From: Haliotis cracherodii
Taxonomy: Eukaryota
Direction: 5' to 3'
Assembly: GCF_022045235.1 (NCBI RefSeq)
Contig: NW_027266341.1
Span: 53,940,001-54,004,000, forward strand
Length of the DNA: 64,000 nucleotides
Shown: piece by piece, positions 13,254-24,660 of the stretch
How the letters are laid out: each line of letters begins with the position of its first letter
Position numbering within the stretch: the first letter of the stretch is position 1
The notes under the pieces: generated by a model
Told to the model about the DNA's origin: nothing
Databases searched by the model: none
What the model saw: the letters and a program-made list of their open reading frames with translations, nothing else
Translations under genes and position numbers: made by a program

Positions 13254-15576
13254 ATGTCAGGAAACTACTACTTCGTTATAGTAGGACACTATGACAACCC
13301 AATATTTGAGATGGAATTTTGCCCTCCCAATAAGGCAAATGATCCAAAGGTAAGTTGCATTCCCTGATATGGAAGGCATTGTTTATCATGTTTACTGTCA
13401 TGATATGTTTATGACTGTTTTGATTCCATATTAAAGTAGTTTCAATTGTCAAAGCACTATGTTCACTATAAGAAATGGGGGGTTAGAACTATTTATCATG
13501 ATTGAATAAATCATTTACTGGGTAATTTTGTGTTATTAATAATCATAGTTATTATTTACATGTATTGTCATTATAGAATTAATACTTTGAGCATTGTAAT
13601 GTAAAGTTTGAACTGATAAAGGTGATGAAATTTGGTTCATATACAAGCTTCAGCGTCTGTCATGATGTACATACAAGAAAGTAAGAGCCACTCCCTTAGT
13701 GTGTTCTGCATTCCTTGCATCTACCTGGGTGTACAAATGGTTGATTAAAACCTGGAAAAAAACTGATCAATTGATCAAACAATGTAACTTCTAAATTAAT
13801 TTGGAGAAGAATATGGGTGAAAAATCTGTAGGGTACACTACCTGTTCATATGTGTTTACTGGAACCTCCTGTCTGTGAAATGATTATTAGAATGTTAAAC
13901 CAGTTTCTCTGTCCTACAGAGAGATGATCATCGCCACCTAAACCAGTTTATTGCCCATGCGGCTCTTGATCTGGTAGATGAGCAAATGTGGGTCACCAAC
14001 AACATGTATCTCAAGATCGTGGACAAGTTCAACGAGTGGTTTGTCTCAGCATTTGTGACAGCTGGGCGTATCCTTTGCTAATTACTTCAGAGTTCAAGGA
14101 GTGGTCAAGTAATGGCCAACTTGACATGTGCAGCATGAGAGAAATGGTTGATTTAATAGGGTTTTAAGAAGGCTTCATATTGCAAGGGGAATAACTCTTG
14201 ATGGCCTCAATACCTTATGTTTCTGCAAGTTCTTCACAGCGATAGTACTTTTGTGTAGGTCTCTATGACATGCAAACCAAATGATCATTATATTTACAAA
14301 CAAGTGATATGGAAAACTTTTGCCACTCTACACACTTAAAAAAATGATGTGTGAATTTTACTGGTTCTGATTTCCAGACAAAGTATTTGAGTGTTTAATT
14401 CGATAACACCGCATGACACACTTTCAAGGATAATTACAGTCATGACAGTGATTAGTATTTACTCTCTAGTGTAGTTAGATTTTCACATATCAAGAGATTT
14501 TAATCATTTATGAGGCTTGACTAACTTTATGTAGAAAGTACATCACAACCTACTTCTGTGTTTCCTTGACATTGTTTTAGGAATGAGATTGCTGATGCTC
14601 CATGATATTAAGAATGAAGATGGCATAAAAAACTTCTTTACAGAAACATACGACACCTACGTAAAGGTAGGGACAGCTCATGGCTGATTTAGCAATAGCC
14701 AGTATTATTGGTTGCAGGTGTTACAAATTATCAATTATCATTTATCATGTTTATGATCAATGTCTTTTTCTCTCTATAATTTCAAGAAACTGAATGTCAG
14801 TGATCTTGATTTGGAATTTTCTTATTCCATAAACATGATTATTGAAAATGACTGATTTTTTTTAATTTTGATATAAAAAAAATAAAATTATATCATGTAG
14901 CAATTTTTCTTGTGGTTTGTTTAGTCCAGACTCAAGTTTTAATAGGCCGCAGTGACAAAGTTGAAAGATTGCTGAGTGCGGTGCTAAACAGCAAACACTG
15001 CATCGCCACAGTGTAACCATTCGATGGGTTATTAACGTTTCTAAGTGATACAGAGCCTGATATATTTTACATTTTTAATACCGTTATTAAATGCAAAATG
15101 TATAATAATAATGTCATTGTTCACTTGCAACCACAAGTTCAGAGTTTCATATTAGTGTGACCAATATCCTCGGAGAATGACGGGTTTCAAATATAATATA
15201 GCAGTACGAGTATTTGGCCAGTTGTCAAACATTGGTCACCCATTTTCAGGTAGACAGTCATTGACTCTATTTGCTACACTGCTAATTTGAACATGAAGAC
15301 TGAAATATATATTTCCTGTATTTAATCTGTCTCTTCCAACAATAAGCAAGTGAGTAATAAGATTATTATTAAAATGATTTTACATTTCTTTTTTTGTGTG
15401 TTAATTGTGCATACCATGAACTATTGAGGATGATGAAGTTGATTTCCATTTGTCATGTTTGTCTTATTTTGTTCAAGTTGGCCATGAACCCCTTCTATGA
15501 AATCAACACTCCCATCAAGTCATCACCATTTGAGAAGAAGGTCCAGTTCTTTGGCAGGAAGTATCTCACAGGTTGA
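13254..15576 (+). CDS. TRAPPC2: Trafficking protein particle complex subunit 2 (sedlin/Trs20), 142 aa; coding exons 13254-13349, 13920-14067, 14581-14666, 15478-15576
   Basis: Manual splicing gives [142 protein letters not shown]. Sedlin signature motifs are present ([31 protein letters not shown]). All introns are GT-AG with consistent phases. Confidence 0.97.
14068..14580 (+). other. U12-type (minor spliceosome) GT-AG intron in TRAPPC2
   Basis: 5' site GTATCCTTT (U12 consensus RTATCCTTT). Branch site TTTCCTTGAC at 14561-14570, 10 nt before the end of the intron. No extended polypyrimidine tract. Confidence 0.92.
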
Positions 15577-15774
15577 TAAGAAGACGATCACTGTAAACTT
15601 TTTAAAGTGGGAGAGGACCATGTGTTGTGATACAGAGTGGTTGCTGTCAAGCAAAAGGTGTTTGTCTGTTATTTGTTTATTGATTTTATTGTGTAACCAT
15701 TAAGACAAGTGTTCTGTAGCAGATGTGATTGCTACCTGGAGATACACACTATGGTTGTCATTGAACGTTTGTGC

Positions 15775-15780
15775 AATAAA
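15775..15780 (+). promoter_or_regulatory. Candidate TRAPPC2 polyadenylation signal
   Basis: AATAAA ~200 nt after the stop, followed by GT-rich sequence. Confidence 0.5.
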
Positions 15781-15848
15781 GTGCATGTTGACATTGATTT
15801 ATACATGGCTTGTTGTTGAAGAGGATGGACAAGTGATGGTGTGGTACT

Positions 15849-16094
15849 AGGATAGAATAGGTCTTCAGCAACCCATGCTTGCCATAAAAGGCAACTATGC
15901 TTGTCATAAGAGGCGACTAACAGCATTGGGTGGTCAGTCTTGCTGACTAGGTTGATGCATGTCATCATTTCCAATTGTGTGGATCGATGCTCATGATTTC
16001 AATCACTGGATTGTCAGGTTCAGACTCGATTATTTCCAGACTGCTGTCATATAGCTGGAATATTGCTGAGTGCGGTGTTAAAAAACAAACAAAC
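15849..16094 (+). mobile_element. Interspersed SINE-like repeat, family A
   Basis: TAGAATAGGTCTTCAGCAACCCATGCTTG...ATAGCTGGAATATTGCTGAGTGCGG...(AAAC)n tail; about ten related copies in this window. Confidence 0.85.
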
Positions 16095-16907
16095 TAATTG
16101 TATGGTACAGGAGGTTATTTATTAAATACACTTGTGAAGTGTGCTTCATTGGTATTCCAGATCAGAACAGGTCCCCAGTACTTCACACTTATACATGTTG
16201 CAAGAGATCACTAAACTTGGGATGAGCTCTGTGACTTAATTAATTGGTTTTATCTGGTGAACTATTTGATCGTCATTCTAGAAGAAAACATAGAACATTA
16301 TATATAACAACTTCTGAGGGTTTTTTTCATTTATAAATGTTTTCATGTACATTCTTTCCCTGTTATCAAGCTGAAGTAATAACGGTGTGAGAATCAACAT
16401 GGAAACATTGCTAAATGCATTAAACAAGTAGTTGTTATCCACAACCTTGTATGTTTTCATATCTGGTCAAGGCTTGATTTCTCACCATGATACAGCTGAA
16501 ATATTGCAGACTGTCACATTACACATCATTCAATTTGAAGTTCATCTCTCTGTCTCTGTTAGTCCTGCCTCACCCTGGTTATGTTTCTGGGTTTCTCAGC
16601 ACCATACCCGTGCTCGTGGGTTTCACCAAAGCGTTCAACATCTGAGACCTGCACCACTTCGGGCTTTCCTCCCACATTAAGCTGACAGGCTGCGATATAA
16701 CTGGAATACTGTTAAAAGCGGTGTTAAACTAAAGTCACTCACTCTCTCTGTTTTCTTACCACATTAATCAACCTAAAGCTCATTTCACATTCCCTACACC
16801 TTGTACATGAGTTTCTAACTAGATCCCATGATAAAGTACTCTGTAATGTCTGCCCCTGCCCTGATGGTTTCTTCTCAGAAAGTATAAGATATAGTGTCAG
16901 TTTACTC

Positions 16908-17013
16908 TGATTCCAGACATGGGTACAATGTGTGAAGACCATTTCTGGTGTCCCCTGCCGTGATATTGCTGGAATATTGCTGAAAGCGGCGTAAAACCGT
17001 ATCCGCTCACTAC
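16908..17013 (+). mobile_element. 5'-truncated tRNA-derived SINE, family B
   Basis: GATTCCAGACATGGGTACAATGTGTGAAG...GCTGGAATATTGCTGAAAGCGGCGTAAAACC matches the 3' part of 24384-24555. Confidence 0.75.
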
Positions 17014-17310
17014 TCTGAACAAATATAGCTAGTAGTGGGATCTAGAAGTAAACAGACCACACAGGAACTGTTCAGTGTGAAACTACCATGAAATTATGAT
17101 TTTACAAATACATGTAATACAATTCTACATTACAGCATACTGCCAGATTCCACAACTCGTATTTAATATGTACAGAATATCAGTGATGTTACAGTATATT
17201 TACTGTTATGGATGCATGGAATAAAATATTAAACAAAATGGGTATTCCTTTCTTATTTCTTAGGCCCATGGCGGATACCCATTGGAGAAGTAAGATGATA
17301 TAGGTTTGAG

Positions 17311-17720
17311 GTGTGGTGAGGTGAGGTGAGGTGATTTGGGCCTTAACTCCTGTCCAAGATTATTGCACTTATGATCATGCACATGTGTGTGTCTGCTTGT
17401 AATAGTAGGGACTGTTTTCATAATGCTAGCGAACTGAGATACCAGTTTAACATGAATACCCCACTCATAGAGCATACAGACTCCCAAGCTGACCAGTCCT
17501 TGTTTTAGCTCCTTAATGCCGAGCCAGACAGGGCAACAAGTACCATTTTTTACATCTTTTCGTGTGCGGGGGTCGAACCCTGGACCTTCCTCACTATGGG
17601 CAGACACTCTACCACTAGCGATCTTATTGCCAAGATGATCGTAACTCCCATACTTTAGCATAGGCTTACAATTGTCTTAGCGCTAAGATCGCTTTGTGCA
17701 AGTGGGCCATGGAGGTAGTC
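17311..17720 (-). mobile_element. tRNA-derived SINE, family C (Meta-domain-like), with a nested MITE fragment at ~17617-17709
   Basis: Reverse strand has a B-box (GGTTCGACCC), then AAAAATGGTACTTGTTGCCC...GGCATTAAGG and a (CTCAC)n tail. Flanked by the 13-bp direct repeat ATATAGGTTTGAG (17298-17310, 17721-17733). Confidence 0.7.
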
Positions 17721-18192
17721 ATATAGGTTTGAGCTGAGCAGCTGAAACACATTATTTCAAGCATTCTGGGGTGACCGAAAGAATTGTCGTGATGTTTCAC
17801 TGTGCAAAGTTCCTCCTTTGTCCTGACGAAGACTTTCTTCCCACATTAAACTGCAACATCACGGATATAACTGAAATACTGTTCAAAATTGCGTCATGGG
17901 AACCAAAGGTCGTGGGTTCGATCCTGGTCACATTAAGTAACCCTGCCTGGCGCTCCACATTAAGAGCATAAAACAAGTAGAGACTGTATCCAAGTGGGTA
18001 CAGTGTGTCTTAAGTGCAGTATCCGTGTGAAGGTGCGACATGGTATGGCTGTGGGTCAGCACTTTAAAACTGGTATTAGTCCAGACAATTACAAGCAGTC
18101 ACACCCACCCGGATACACACACATCACTTTAAAAGTGCAATAAATCACAAACGTAATGTTAAACGCCATTTCACCCACTCCCCTAGTTTTGC

Positions 18193-18398
18193 TGTTGTTT
18201 TGTTTAACGCAGCACTCGGCAATGTTCAAGCTATAAGACGGGTCTGTAAATAATCCTGTCCGAACTGGACATGAGCATCGATCTATGCAACTGGGATACA
18301 ATGACATGCATCAACCATCATATCTCAAGGTCAGCGAGCTATATCACCCGATCCGTTGGTCGCCTCATAGAGAAGCATGGGAAGACCAATTCTAACCC
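18193..18398 (-). mobile_element. SINE family A, degenerate
   Basis: Reverse complement of the family A consensus. Confidence 0.75.
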
Positions 18399-18936
18399 AT
18401 TGGTTTCTAACCACATATTGGGAATGAGACCACTCTTGAACCTTGTCATTGATGACATAAGAGTAGAATCATGACCAGGAATTTCTGAAGTGGCTGAATA
18501 CACTTTTTCGTATTTCTTTGATTTAATGATGGTGCACGCGAACTTCTCCCTGGGCCAATGGGAAAGTACACCCTTAAATAAAAGAATGGTTTGTAGCCTA
18601 TGTACAGTAATGGCGGCCATTAAAAAAAGACAATAATTGGCTGTGGAGTGTTTTCCTTCGCCATGCCAGAATCTGCTTATCGTGGGGTTTGAATCGCGCT
18701 TTCGAAATTATTAACCCTTTGTTTGATAGGACCATGCTTAAGCTTGTAGAATGGTAAACATCGACGTAAATTGTCCCACATTAAACAGACGATGTGAAAA
18801 TACTTGCACTCACTCACTCACTCACCGTCAAAGAGGTTTCATTTCAGGACTGATACATTTTGGCGACCTCTCTCTGTCGCTGTCATTTCCATTACTCCCA
18901 CCCCATGAATCTCACCGATCCCTTACCAATAATATA

Positions 18937-19180
18937 TGTTTAGTTGTTGTTTAACGCCGCACTCAGCAATAGTCCAGCTATATGACACGGCTGTCTGTAA
19001 ATAATCGCGTCTGGACCAGGCAATCCAGTGATTGACATCATGAGCATCGATTCTCGCTATTGGGATACAATGACATGCATCAACCAAGTCCGTGAGTCTG
19101 ACCACCCGATCCCGTTAGTCGCCTGTTACAGCAAGCGTAGGTTGCTGAAGACCTGTTCTCTACCTGGATCTTCACGGGTC
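18937..19180 (-). mobile_element. SINE family A, near full length
   Basis: TTGTTTAACGCCGCACTCAGCAATA...GATCTTCACGGGTC. Confidence 0.85.
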
Positions 19181-20180
19181 CTATAATAAATGGCCCAGTC
19201 CCTATTTCATCATTTTAGGTCACCGACTTGCTCGTTGATAGATTTTCTCTTTAAGTTAGACAAAGGAATAATTGCTGAATCCTACTTTCATTATCAGTGA
19301 TATGACCGCTATCCCCGTTTTACTTTGTCGAATGAAACAATTTAGGTACTCTGAAGGCCAGTAGAATTTAAGATTTTAGGGGGTTCTTATATAGATTCCA
19401 TACGGTATCGATATTCGGGGTAGCAAATATGTGAGGTTAACGTTTACCATTGATGATCCGTATCAAAGTGAATGCAATTCACGTGCACCATGTTCCGAGT
19501 TATAGCGAACGAAAAACACCAAAACAATTTTTTTCAAACTCCAAACTGATGTTTTGGCCTACCTTGTTTCTTTTTGTGTTGTTATTTTTTTCTGTTGAAT
19601 TTTCAACTCATATCTTCGAAGTTGATAAAGTTAAGATTTTAACTTGAAATTTCAACGTATTCTCGTGTCATGGAAGTTCGATCACTTCCGAAAAGTCGCT
19701 GAATATTCTTAGTGATATTCATATAATCTATTTTTCAAATAGCTTACCTCTAAACTTGTTTATTTATGTCAAACATTTCCGAAATCCAGGTATTTCCACT
19801 GAAATTGACATATTGGCGGCATGGCCGCCCTCTCACTGTCAACAGAAGTGACCAAGAAAAGTATGTATCTTGAAATGTCAACTTAACATTTTGAAATTTC
19901 AGCTTCGTGTTTTGAAATTTCAAGAAAAAACAAGAAGACAAAACAAATGACTCTTAAAGGCGTCCATACGTTTAGCCTGGGGGTTGTGTTCGACCATAAT
20001 AAACCACACGCCGGAAGCTGGCGATGACGCCTCGTTCTGAATCCTCGAACTCCGTAACGTAGTTACCGTTGCCGGTACCGACGTCCCCTTCTGTTTCCAA
20101 CAGAAAAACGATCGCTTTTGCTCCGCTAATACCCACGTTTCGCTCACTGCTGTATCTTTCCAAGTGTGTCTTCTTCCAAG

Positions 20181-21165
20181 ATGAATACAAGGCTTCACAT
20201 TCAAGGTATTTGAGATCACAATTATTCCCATTAACAATATCAAGACGTTAAATTAGACCTGTAATTAGACGTTGTTAGGCAGCAGTATCGGGACTGAAGA
20301 TGGCGGCCGCCATTTGCAATATTGTCTAACTGAACATTTTAGCTTGTAAACTTGACATGGGGTGCTTAGATGAAACCTGTTCGTGCATTATAGTGTCAGA
20401 CGATGTAGTACAGATGTAAGACAACATGTATTACGTGAAAAGCAGCTGTTTGGCCCATGTTATTGGTTAAATTTCGTCTCGCAGCACAGCCTGTATCCCT
20501 ACATACACTTGAACTTCGAGGTGTCAAAGGGCCGAGGTCGAGTGACATATTGTAGCTGTCAGAGCTCGAAACTTGTGACATTTTAAACGTAGTCGTTGCC
20601 GTACATTTAACCTAGCCTATCTTTTGTTTTCTTTTTCAGCTCGGGAGGACATAATTCGCTATTATGGCACTCCTGCGGCTGTGAGTTTGTGGCCGTCTCA
20701 GGATAAGGAGTCCGACTGTGTATGTAGTTTTACATGCCCATCCTATAAATTCTTCCGTCTAGTATAGCTGATTTGTTGCACATTAAGTCTGCCCAGTCCC
20801 TATAATAAAGTGTGATTCGTTTTCTTTGCAAAATTATCCCGTATTTCTGTCTGACTTGACTTCCTTTGTCCCTCCCTCCACCCCTCGATGTGTAGCGTTC
20901 CCTGGCTGTGTCCCCTTCCCGTTGTCCCGACCCCCTGAGCGTCTTCACTCCGTTCTGGGCCCGCCCTGTCTACGGTGAGACGCTCCCCGCCCCCGTCACC
21001 ATCAACCACGCCGCTTACTATCCTGCCCCAAGTGACGACGATGACAGTGACTACTGGGTGTACGAGGACGACGACGACCACAGCTTTGTGGATGACAGAG
21101 AGATTCATCCCCTTAGAAAGGCGCTGACGAGAGCGGCTGCCTTCTTTAGGAAGATCTTCTCTTAG
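20181..21165 (+). CDS. Unrecognised 3-exon gene, copy 1 (111 aa); exons 20181-20205, 20640-20680, 20896-21165
   Basis: CAAG-ATG start; AAG|GTATTT...TTTTCTTTTTCAG; GCT|GTGAGT...pyrimidine tract-TGTAG. Phases 1 and 0 join into one ORF: MNTRLHIQAREDIIRYYGTPAARSLAVSPSRCPDPLSVFTPFWARPVYGETLPAPVTINHAAYYPAPSDDDDSDYWVYEDDDDHSFVDDREIHPLRKALTRAAAFFRKIFS*. Exons are nearly invariant between copies while intron 1 is diverged. Confidence 0.72.
20297..20315. promoter_or_regulatory. Palindromic double YY1-like site in intron 1 (repeated in copies 3-9)
   Basis: AAGATGGCGGCCGCCATTT is two back-to-back YY1 consensus sites. An ETS-like CCGGAAG lies upstream at 20011-20017. Confidence 0.55.
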
Positions 21166-21219
21166 ACTCCTTATCCTTTTAATGTCTGAATGTTTGCAAG
21201 TGGGTGAATGAATGAGCAG

Positions 21220-21536
21220 GTGTATGTATGTATGTATGTGTGCGTTTGTGTGAGAGTAAACATAAGATTGGATGAACATGCATGTGTGTGTATGTATGTG
21301 TGTGTGTGAGAGAGACTGAATGAATATGTATGTTTGTGTGAGAGTAAATGAAAGATTGAATTGGCATGTCTGTCTGTCTGTTTGCATGTATGTGTGTGTG
21401 TTTGTGTTTGAGTGTGAGAGAGTGAATGGGCATGTGTGTATAATGTGTGTATGTATGTTTGTATGTGTGAGAGGGAGAGTGTATGTATGTTAGAGATGAG
21501 AGTTAGAGTGAATGAACGAGCATACATGTATGTGTG

Positions 21537-21577
<41 letters not shown>
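21220..21577. repeat. Compound microsatellite (TATG)n/(TG)n/(TCTG)n/(GA)n, present 3' of every gene copy
   Basis: Seen directly. Equivalent blocks at ~26699-27219, 30251-30829, 33866-34416, 37450-37985, 41140-41630, 44790-45254, 48273-48842 and 51863-52465. Confidence 0.95.
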
Positions 21578-21579
<2 letters not shown>

Positions 21580-22754
21580 ACCATTCCATATACCCGCTCT
21601 TAGTGTATTTTTGGCGTATTTTTAGGCTCACAGTTTTGGCCCAACCTTCAGTTTCCTTTCGGCAAACCTATTGGCTTATTATCATGGCACAAGACCATAT
21701 TTTCTATACAATTTTGGCCCGGTTTTTTTTATCTCCCTTGAGGCATATTACTTTCGACTTTCGGTCATCTTAATAAATGTTTCTGTAATGTATACACAAG
21801 TTGTTTGTTTTCTCTACAGTGTTTCTTCCTTACAGCTTATAATATGTGGGCGACAGCGGCATGGCAATTTAGGCATCTGGCCAAATCCGAAGGCTTCTGA
21901 ACATGAGACATAAATTCATATTGATATTGTTAAAACGCAAAATTTGTCCATATATGGCTTTGCAGCTGTGTCCTTATTTTATGATCTGCACTTCACAGAA
22001 GATTTCTGAATAGGTGTTGTTACGTTAAGATTAGACACTTCTAAATCTTTATGTGGCGGCAGTTGTGACACAGAGGACACCTCACTTGGACACGTTGTTG
22101 TCTGGGGATATTTTATATTTCAATATAATAGCTAATCGGTTCTAATGTAACAATAATTTGGGCTTCCTTTAAAAGGAGTGCGAATCGAGAATTGCCCTCC
22201 TTCTCTAAAACACAAGTGTTGCCACATGGGATATATTACGAGCACTTCACCCAACTAATAGCAATAGTCGGATAAGGGATTGAGAGTGATCTCCCTTCAC
22301 TCTCCTCAGTCTTGGATTTCACCCGTCTTGAGCAACATTATGAACACACAGAAAAGCTGCTTCCAGGGGTCGACTTCAGTGGTTATATTGTACACCAGCT
22401 GATCATACTGGTCCTGGCCAGTACATAAATAATACCTTTTGCACTCATTTTAGCCATTGGTGTGAACATGTCTGTAGTCAACAACTTTAAGTGTAAGGAG
22501 GAAAAAACGCAAGCAACCTGTTATCGCCGAGGACCAATGATTGCCAACTCCCCGTTATGATGCGCACGTGATCGCATCTCGTTTAACTATTGCTCGGTTT
22601 CATTGGAAGAAAGAAATATTTATCCAAAAATGATGAACAAAACTTACTCCTGTGAAGAAATATTAAAAAACAACAACCATATAATCACCTTGCTCAAATA
22701 CAACTTAAGAAGAGACACTCACTCACAACACGATGATGCACATTCAGTTCTGTC

Positions 22755-22932
22755 ATAGCTTACTATCTGTCTGTCAAAATTCCCAAATTACAATTCTAAA
22801 ACCTATTTGAGCTATTTTCCCCCAAAATGCATTACTCTGAAAATATCGTGAAATTCATAGCTTAATTACTATCCGTCTGTCAAATTTCCCAAATTACGAT
22901 TCTAAAACCTATTGGAGCTATTTTTCCAAAAA
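22755..22932 (+). repeat. Local tandem duplication, ~100-bp period, 2 copies
   Basis: CATAGCTTA...CTGTCAAA(A/T)TTCCCAAATTAC(A/G)ATTCTAAAACCTATT(T/G)GAGCTATTTT occurs twice. Confidence 0.8.
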
Positions 22933-23975
22933 CGCTTAACCCTTTATATGTCCCGAAATTCAGAGTACATAGTGTTGAGGATAAACACAAGTAAATCGAA
23001 TTTTCGGAATATTGGTGGACGTCAGTTTGCAGACGACAAATTGATAAAAGCATTTTTCTTATTAACTGTAATGAATATAAACAATGAGTGCGATACCAGA
23101 GAAAATAGATTACGTAATTTGTGTAACTGAAGCAGTGTGTCTGATCACATTCTGTTTTTTTTATGATGGCGATAACTAGTTTATTTGGTCGACGGAAATA
23201 TCTTTTCCCACTGTTTTGATTCCCTGTTGTCGCGTTATAACAGAAATCTACTGATTTTTTTTCCACAGAAAGAAATACGCACATTTGCTCATAGTTTCCC
23301 ACAAGTTAAAATTATTGGCACAGATAACTTTGTACATAAAATATTTCAAAAATAACATGCCGAGGACAAGGGTAACATCAAGTACCATCTTTCAACGTCA
23401 TATGGTATGACGCGGCCCGGGATCGAACCACCGACCGCCAGCTCTCGCGGCAGACGCTCTGTCAACTAGACCATGGAAGCCATAGAGCTTTCGAAGATAT
23501 AAAATTGTTGTATATTTTTTAAAAAGTGGGCGCGCGAGTTCATACTCCACCTGTCTTCAAACTTATGTTTATTCAATGACATCTTTCAACATGTGTGTTA
23601 TCATTGCATGTAAATCAATCTTATGCTTAAATGAGCCGTCACAATGTAAATTGTGAATGACAGTTTGTTGGTTGACATTTGAAATTTTCAGAAATTGAAT
23701 TTGACCTAAACCCATTGATGCTGAGTGAGTGGCCCTTGATTATTTTGAATTTAACATTTCTGTTGGTTATGTCCAACATTACACATGCCGTCTCTGTTCA
23801 TTGTATTTGATTAATATGGGTCAACTTGACATGTCTTTCGTGAAAGTATTTGAGTTGTCGGGAACAAAACACGGACGAACAGTTTGAATATCTTAGAAAT
23901 GGCAGTGGAATAGTCCAAGATATCACATTGCCTTCTTTTACAGACCGAGGTAAAGGTGGCTCAATGGCCTGAGGC

Positions 23976-24110
23976 AAGTTCGGATCCAACTTTTTTTTAT
24001 AATGGAGGGGTCCAATAACAAAATCCTGTCTCAGAGAGGGGTGTGGTTGGTTTGTTTTTTGTTGTCAAAGCAGGAGGGGAGATCTGGATCTCGCACCTTG
24101 ATCCGCCAAT
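23976..24110. mobile_element. Short MITE-like insertion with CGGATCC...GATCCGCC ends
   Basis: Absent from the paralogous site at ~54570; ends form a degenerate inverted repeat. Confidence 0.55.
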
Positions 24111-24383
24111 GGAAGGCGCCGCGATTCGCTGTGCATGCAAAGTTGCGTCCCTTTGACGTGCCAGAAACCAATGATTGTGTGTTCGAATCTCCAATTTACC
24201 CTGGTTGTGTTTCTAGGTTGTCAGCTCCATCTACATCACTTAAGACTTTTCTCTCTTAATAATTAAGCTGACACACTGTGTGATATAACAGAAATAATGT
24301 TCAAAGCGGCGTTGAACCCAGCTCACTCACTCACTAGCTCACAGACTGAGAATGGGGTTGTTCCTGTGTTTCATATGATTGAC

Positions 24384-24555
24384 GGGGCGGTCGGGTAGCC
24401 TAGTGGTTGAAGCGTTCACTCGTCAGGCGTACGCCGAATAATCAGGTTCGATTCCCGACATGGGTACAATGCGTGAAGCCCATTTCTGGTGTCCCCCGCC
24501 GGTATATTGCTGGAATATTGCTAAAAGCGGTGTAAAACCATACTCACTCACTCAC
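24384..24555 (+). mobile_element. Full-length tRNA-derived SINE, family B
   Basis: A-box TAGCCTAGTGG, B-box GGTTCGATTCC, (CTCA)n tail, target-site duplication TCATATGATTGAC / TCATATGGTTGAC. Confidence 0.88.
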
Positions 24556-24660
24556 TCATATGGTTGACTGTGTTTCGTCATACCCCGACGGTGTAGATCG
24601 GTGCTCATGTCACTGGTGTGTCTGGACCAGACTTGATTATTTACAGGTCCACGTGATATA

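Noticed and set aside
20181-20260. Secreted antimicrobial or shell-matrix precursor interpretation of the 111-aa protein
   Set aside because: No hydrophobic signal peptide in the predicted N-terminus and no dibasic cleavage site before the helix; kept only as an analogy.
21170-21180. TTATCCTTTT after the stop codon as a second U12 donor
   Set aside because: It lacks the required GT or AT first dinucleotide.
24384-24460. tRNA-Asp-like sequence (also at 56990-57067 and 61345-61422)
   Set aside because: These are SINE heads: they continue into a shared body and tail, have TSDs and lack a proper acceptor stem.
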